A DNA stretch of 64,000 nt. It comes from Ktedonobacteraceae bacterium. GTDB lineage: Bacteria; Chloroflexota; Ktedonobacteria; Ktedonobacterales; Ktedonobacteraceae. The stretch is from positions 32,958-96,957 of the forward strand of contig DATGLE010000066.1 of NCBI GenBank assembly GCA_035294325.1, given 5' to 3'. Each line of letters starts with the position of its first letter. Position 1 is the first letter of the stretch. The notes beneath the pieces are model-generated. The model was not told where the DNA came from and did not search any database. It was given only the letters and a program-made list of their open reading frames with translations. The position numbers and the translations under genes were made by a program. Positions 59,811 to 64,000 of this stretch are shown piece after piece.

Positions 59811-60406
59811 GGCCTGATGTTGCGATGATTGAAGACAGGATGGCTTGCCACCAGGTTCCCGGCGCGATCATAGAGTTCGGCCTGGAGTGGCAATTCTACA
59901 CCATGTTCGCACACGAAGAGCACGATCCCATCATCGACGGTATCTTCCAGCACGGTGCCATCGTTCGAGACCAGGCGCACGCGCGCTATATCGAGGCCAT
60001 TGTCGCTCACGCGGCCCCCGGCATACAGATAATCACGCCAGCCACCGCCGAGGTTCGCCCACGGCTGTGCCCGCACGGGATTGGGACCACTGCCGCCAGC
60101 AAAGCCTTCGAAATGCCAGTCGCCACACTCATCCTGAGTCACATAACACGTACCATGCCATGAGATGCCATCATCATCCTCAAAAGTGACATAGTGAACC
60201 TGGTGGCATGGAATCGCCCGCTCTTTGTGAAATTTGATCGTCTCCGCCTTTGCATCGTGGCCGCCTGTGGAGACTTTGCCTCGCCATCTTTTACTCTCTG
60301 GCACGTCTGGATCATTGGGTGCGGGCAAAGTGACAGGATCGGGGACGGGGATGCTCGGCTGAATGAGATAGTTGATGATGGCCTGTCGGGGAGCTTGATT
60401 TGCCAT
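59795..60406 (-). CDS. hypothetical protein
   Basis: 203-aa ORF. Gly/Asp/Trp-rich with possible beta structure. No motif recognised. Confidence 0.4.
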   Translation of the reverse strand: MANQAPRQAIINYLIQPSIPVPDPVTLPAPNDPDVPESKRWRGKVSTGGHDAKAETIKFHKERAIPCHQVHYVTFEDDDGISWHGTCYVTQDECGDWHFEGFAGGSGPNPVRAQPWANLGGGWRDYLYAGGRVSDNGLDIARVRLVSNDGTVLEDTVDDGIVLFVCEHGVELPLQAELYDRAGNLVASHPVFNHRNIRPDRRA

Positions 60407-60547
60407 AACATATTTCCCTTCGTCGCTGGCGATGGCGATGAATGGCTATACAACGGCCTTCTTAATATGGTATGGTACGCATAGATTATCGCTCGTTAGC
60501 CAGCTCACGTCAATTGTTTATTTTATCCTCATCGTGGAGGTCTATGC

Positions 60548-61975
60548 ATGGGTGAAATCGCATCCTCTGGCGTGCCCGATATCAACACCTCCCGGCGCGC
60601 CAATTATGCCCGCTATGTCTTCTGGATTATGACCATTATTGGCATGCTCGACTACCTGGATCGCTATATCTTCATCGGCGCCGCCGACGTAATCGGCAAA
60701 GAACTTCACTTCAACCTCAGCGGCATTGGCTATATCACCTCGGCATTCCTCGTCGTGCTCACGCTGAGCGCCATTCCGCTCGGCGCCTGGGCTGATCGCG
60801 GTAGTCGCAAGAATATCGTCGCACTCTGCGTCGCCATCTGGAGCGCCACCACGTCGCTCACTGCGCTGGCGATCAACTTCGGGACGCTTTTTCTCTCGCG
60901 CATGATCCTGGGTATCGGCCAGGCCGGCTATTTCCCCGCCGGGACCGCCCTGCTCAGTGACTACTACAGCCGCGAGAAGCGTTCGCGCATCATGAGCTGG
61001 TGGAGCGCGGGCCAGCTTTTCGGCATCCTGGGCGGCTATTTCATTGGCGGCGCCGTCGCGGGCCTCTATTTCGGAAGCTGGCGCCTGGCCTTCCTCATCA
61101 CAGGCATCCCCGGGCTGGTGCTGGCGTATCTTATGTGGCGTGTGCGCGAGCCTCGACGCAACGAGGCCGACGAAGAGGCAGAGACGAGCCTGGCAGAAGT
61201 CCTCAAAGAGCCAGAGGTCATTGAAGCGGAGGAGCGGACGCATACCTTTGTGGTACCGCGTGGCGTATTCTCCCAGTTTTTTGCCCTGCTGCGCGTCAGA
61301 ACGATGGTCGTACTGATTGTGATGCAGATCTTTGCCTTTTTCGTGACAGGAGTCAGCACGACCTTCTTACCCACCTACATGCAGCAGAAGGATACCTTCG
61401 GCCTCAGTTCGGGCCTGGCGGGCCTCTATTCCGGCGGCATTATCGTCCTGGCGGGCGTGGCCGGTACGATAGTCGGCGGCTACATGGCCGACTACCTGAA
61501 CCGCCGCCACCGGGGCGCGCGCGTGCTGGTCTGCGGCATCGGCTTCCTGATCGGCGCGCCTTCGTTCGCCTGCGCCGTGCTTTTCCACAATCTGGCCGTC
61601 TTCACTATCTTCTTCATCACCAGCGCCTTTCTGCTCACCATTTATAACGGTCCCTGCACCGCCGCGACGCAGGATGTCGCGCCATCGATGTTGCGCGCCT
61701 CGGCGGTGGCGATCAGCCTGTTGATCGCGCATCTCTTTGGCGATGCCTTCGCGCCATCTATCGTCGGCGTCATCGCCACGGCCCTCGATCCGACACACGG
61801 CATGCATTTTCTGACCGACACCGCCGGCCACGACCTGAGCCTCGCCCTGCTCTTTACAGGAACGCCAGCGCTGCTCATCGCGGGCCTGGTCGGCATCTTT
61901 GGCTCGCGCTGGATGGCCGCCGATGTCACAGCAGCAGCAAACGCTGACCGCCTGATGAAGGAGGCGCAGGCATAG
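60548..61975 (+). CDS. MFS transporter
   Basis: 12-14 predicted TM helices and the MFS signature region GAWADRGSRKNI (G-x-x-x-D-R-x-G-R-K). Confidence 0.85.
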   Translation: MGEIASSGVPDINTSRRANYARYVFWIMTIIGMLDYLDRYIFIGAADVIGKELHFNLSGIGYITSAFLVVLTLSAIPLGAWADRGSRKNIVALCVAIWSATTSLTALAINFGTLFLSRMILGIGQAGYFPAGTALLSDYYSREKRSRIMSWWSAGQLFGILGGYFIGGAVAGLYFGSWRLAFLITGIPGLVLAYLMWRVREPRRNEADEEAETSLAEVLKEPEVIEAEERTHTFVVPRGVFSQFFALLRVRTMVVLIVMQIFAFFVTGVSTTFLPTYMQQKDTFGLSSGLAGLYSGGIIVLAGVAGTIVGGYMADYLNRRHRGARVLVCGIGFLIGAPSFACAVLFHNLAVFTIFFITSAFLLTIYNGPCTAATQDVAPSMLRASAVAISLLIAHLFGDAFAPSIVGVIATALDPTHGMHFLTDTAGHDLSLALLFTGTPALLIAGLVGIFGSRWMAADVTAAANADRLMKEAQA

Positions 61976-62089
61976 AGCAGGGCTATAGGGAGCCAGCATA
62001 TAGACAACGCGGCGAGCTTTATCATAATATGTATTCAGGAAGGGTTGTTAACGAATTTGACACCCTCCATTGTTAAGAAATGTTTCTGT

Positions 62090-62175
62090 GGGCCGGCCTT
62101 GTGCCGGCCCCTACGGTAGCACCGACCAGGCTGCCGCGAATCGGACCACTGTAGGGGCCGGCCTTGTGCCGGCCC
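62090..62175. repeat. two copies of a 21-bp self-complementary hairpin (gggccggccttgtgccggccc) flanked by inverted ctac/gtag, 40 bp upstream of hisD
   Basis: Copies at 62090-62110 and 62155-62175. Intervening 44 nt. Read directly. Confidence 0.7.
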
Positions 62176-62212
62176 ATGTATTTATCATCTGAATTTCTGT
62201 GAGGAATCCTGA

Positions 62213-63547
62213 ATGGTCCATTTTTACGAACTGGCGCGGCTTGACGCGAGCCAGCGCGCACGTCTGCTGCGCCGCGCCGAAATTGAGATCGACAGCCTCA
62301 TCGAATATGTACGCCCCATCGTGCAGGCTGTTCGCGAGCGGGGCGACGCGGCGCTGATCGAGTTTATGGCGCGTTTTGACCACGTACAACTCACGCCCGA
62401 ACAACTGCGCGTGGGCCGCGAGGAGATCGCACGCGCACACGAGACGCTGGATAAAGATGTCTACAATGCTATCAAGCATGCCATACATAACGTGCGCATC
62501 TTTCACGAGCGGCAGATGCCGCATGAGCAATGGTTTACACAGGTGGCGCCGGGAGTGATGGCCGGGGAGAAGATCACGCCGATTAGCAGCGTCGGCCTGT
62601 ATGTGCCGCGCGGCAAAGGCGCGTTCCCGTCGGTGATGTATATGCTTGCCACGCCGGCCAGCATTGCCGGGGTGCCGCGCATCGTCGTCTGCACGCCGCC
62701 AGGGCCGGATGGCGCCGTTGATGCGGCCTCGCTGGTCGCCGCTGACCTGTGCGGTGTACATGAAATCTACCGCATTGGAGGCGCCCAGGCTATTGCCGCG
62801 CTCGCCTACGGCACGGAGACTATAGCGCGCGTGCGCAAGATTACCGGGCCGGGCAATCCCTATGTCTCCGCCGCGAAACGGCTGCTTTACGGCACGCTGG
62901 ACGTGGGCCTGCCGGCAGGCCCCAGCGAATCGATCCTGCTGGCCGACGAGAGTGCCGACGCGGATCTTGTCGCGCGCGATCTCTTGATCGAGGCCGAGCA
63001 CGGGCCAGACTCGTCGAGCCTGCTCGTCACCGATAGCCGCGCACTGGTCGATGCGGTGCTGCCGCTGCTCTCAGAGAAGATAGCGGCCCTGCCAGAATGG
63101 CGCCGCGAGTTCTGCCGCAGCGGCTTCGAGGGCGAGAAGGGCACGGGCGGCATCGTGCTGGCCGCCAGCATGCGCGACGCCATCGATTTCGTCAATGAAT
63201 ATGCGCCCGAGCATCTTGAAGTGCAGGTACGCGAGCCGTTCGCGATCCTGCCAGCACTGAAGAACGCCGGCGAAATCCTGCTCGGCCCATATACTCCTGT
63301 CTGTACCGGAAACTACAGCCTGGGCACCAACGCCATTCTGCCAACCGGCGGCTTCGCTCACACCTTCTCCTGCACCTCGGTCTACGACTTTCTCAAGCGC
63401 ACGGGCATCGGCTATCTTACCGCCGAGGGCTATGCATCGCTGAGCGAGACGACGCGCCGCCTGGCGGAATTTGAGGGCTTCCCCGCGCACGCTAATGCCG
63501 TAAAGGAGCGCCATATAACGCCGCCATCGTCAAAAACATCACCATAA
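62213..63547 (+). CDS. hisD: histidinol dehydrogenase
   Basis: Conserved HisD regions (IYRIGGAQAIAALAYGTETI ; EAEHGPDSS ; GPYTPVCTGNYSLGTNAILPTGG). Confidence 0.9.
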   Translation: MVHFYELARLDASQRARLLRRAEIEIDSLIEYVRPIVQAVRERGDAALIEFMARFDHVQLTPEQLRVGREEIARAHETLDKDVYNAIKHAIHNVRIFHERQMPHEQWFTQVAPGVMAGEKITPISSVGLYVPRGKGAFPSVMYMLATPASIAGVPRIVVCTPPGPDGAVDAASLVAADLCGVHEIYRIGGAQAIAALAYGTETIARVRKITGPGNPYVSAAKRLLYGTLDVGLPAGPSESILLADESADADLVARDLLIEAEHGPDSSSLLVTDSRALVDAVLPLLSEKIAALPEWRREFCRSGFEGEKGTGGIVLAASMRDAIDFVNEYAPEHLEVQVREPFAILPALKNAGEILLGPYTPVCTGNYSLGTNAILPTGGFAHTFSCTSVYDFLKRTGIGYLTAEGYASLSETTRRLAEFEGFPAHANAVKERHITPPSSKTSP

Positions 63548-64000
63548 ACAAACTTGCCTGATAGTGTCTGGTATGTGGGCAAATGCAGTTCGTTCATATA
63601 CCAGACACTACCACTTGCAAAGCTCCGCAGGCGCGCGCAAGCGTGGGTATAGGCCATATGGCTAGTACTATCAACCTGCATAGTATTCCGTTTGTTACTC
63701 GCGGGTATACCCCGGCGTACCAGAACGCGGACGGGATCAATGCACGCGCCTTTTGACTGTCCTTCCACGGTCCCTCCACAGCGTGTTATCTCCGCCACTG
63801 GATGATAGTTGAATCGACTACTGCTCACACGCAGAAAGATGTGTTATAATGCCCCCAACATAAAAGCTAATTTTGCAGGCGTAGAAAGATAGGTTTCCTG
63901 GTCTCTCATGTGACAACAAATATCAGGTATCGACCAGGTAGCGGAGTCCAGGTAGTATAAAGTGGTGTTTTAAACGTATGGCTAGCAACTATCCAATTGA

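Noticed and set aside
59561-60163. 200-aa ORF spanning the tandem repeats
   Set aside because: The translation merely reads the three repeat units (repeated ...PTAFQ.VPSK... segments) and overlaps the convergent minus-strand gene. Artefact.
61976-62212. His-rich leader peptide / classical his attenuator upstream of hisD
   Set aside because: Looked for one. The only short ORF (MYLSSEFL) contains no histidine codons, so classical his attenuation is not supported. The paired hairpins are reported separately.

Overview
The window is GC-rich chromosomal DNA with a great deal of small GC-rich palindromic repeat material. A Ser/Thr kinase-WD40 gene, the repeats and the gene content suggest a Chloroflexota/Ktedonobacteria-like large genome, but that is inference only. 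The core is housekeeping: a complete F1F0 ATP synthase operon (atpZ/I-like, atpB-E-F-H-A-G-D-C, 3221-11100) with a consensus promoter and a strong bidirectional terminator, plus gpmI, holA, a MidA-type methyltransferase and an AroF-type DAHP synthase. Further along are an ANTAR regulator-PSP1-SPFH operon, a MazG/YabN fusion, PolX, rplY, two glycosyltransferases, plsX with an upstream CheY-like receiver, tRNA-Gly and tRNA-Cys, recO, an MFS transporter and hisD. The most notable finds are listed here. (1) An apparently undescribed attenuator upstream of the DAHP synthase, with a 23-codon leader peptide carrying seven consecutive aromatic codons (F-Y-F-Y-Y-W-F) followed by alternative hairpins and an intrinsic terminator. 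(2) A translationally coupled pair of ~800-aa proteins of unknown function, the first carrying a SWIM zinc finger. (3) A minus-strand three-gene cluster: a zinc-ribbon protein with six [DE]xxSLPxW[LM] repeats and a C-terminal amphipathic helix, an actin-fold (GlmL-like) ATPase, and a protein with KOW-like barrels. (4) Several dispersed repeat families: REP/BIME-like hairpins including copies inside the atp operon, a ~170-bp element placed directly upstream of two consensus promoters, a 55-bp palindrome family whose two copies keep pairing through compensatory changes, and a 64-bp tandem triplet. Many long ORFs in the six-frame track are antisense artefacts of the GC-rich coding regions and were rejected.
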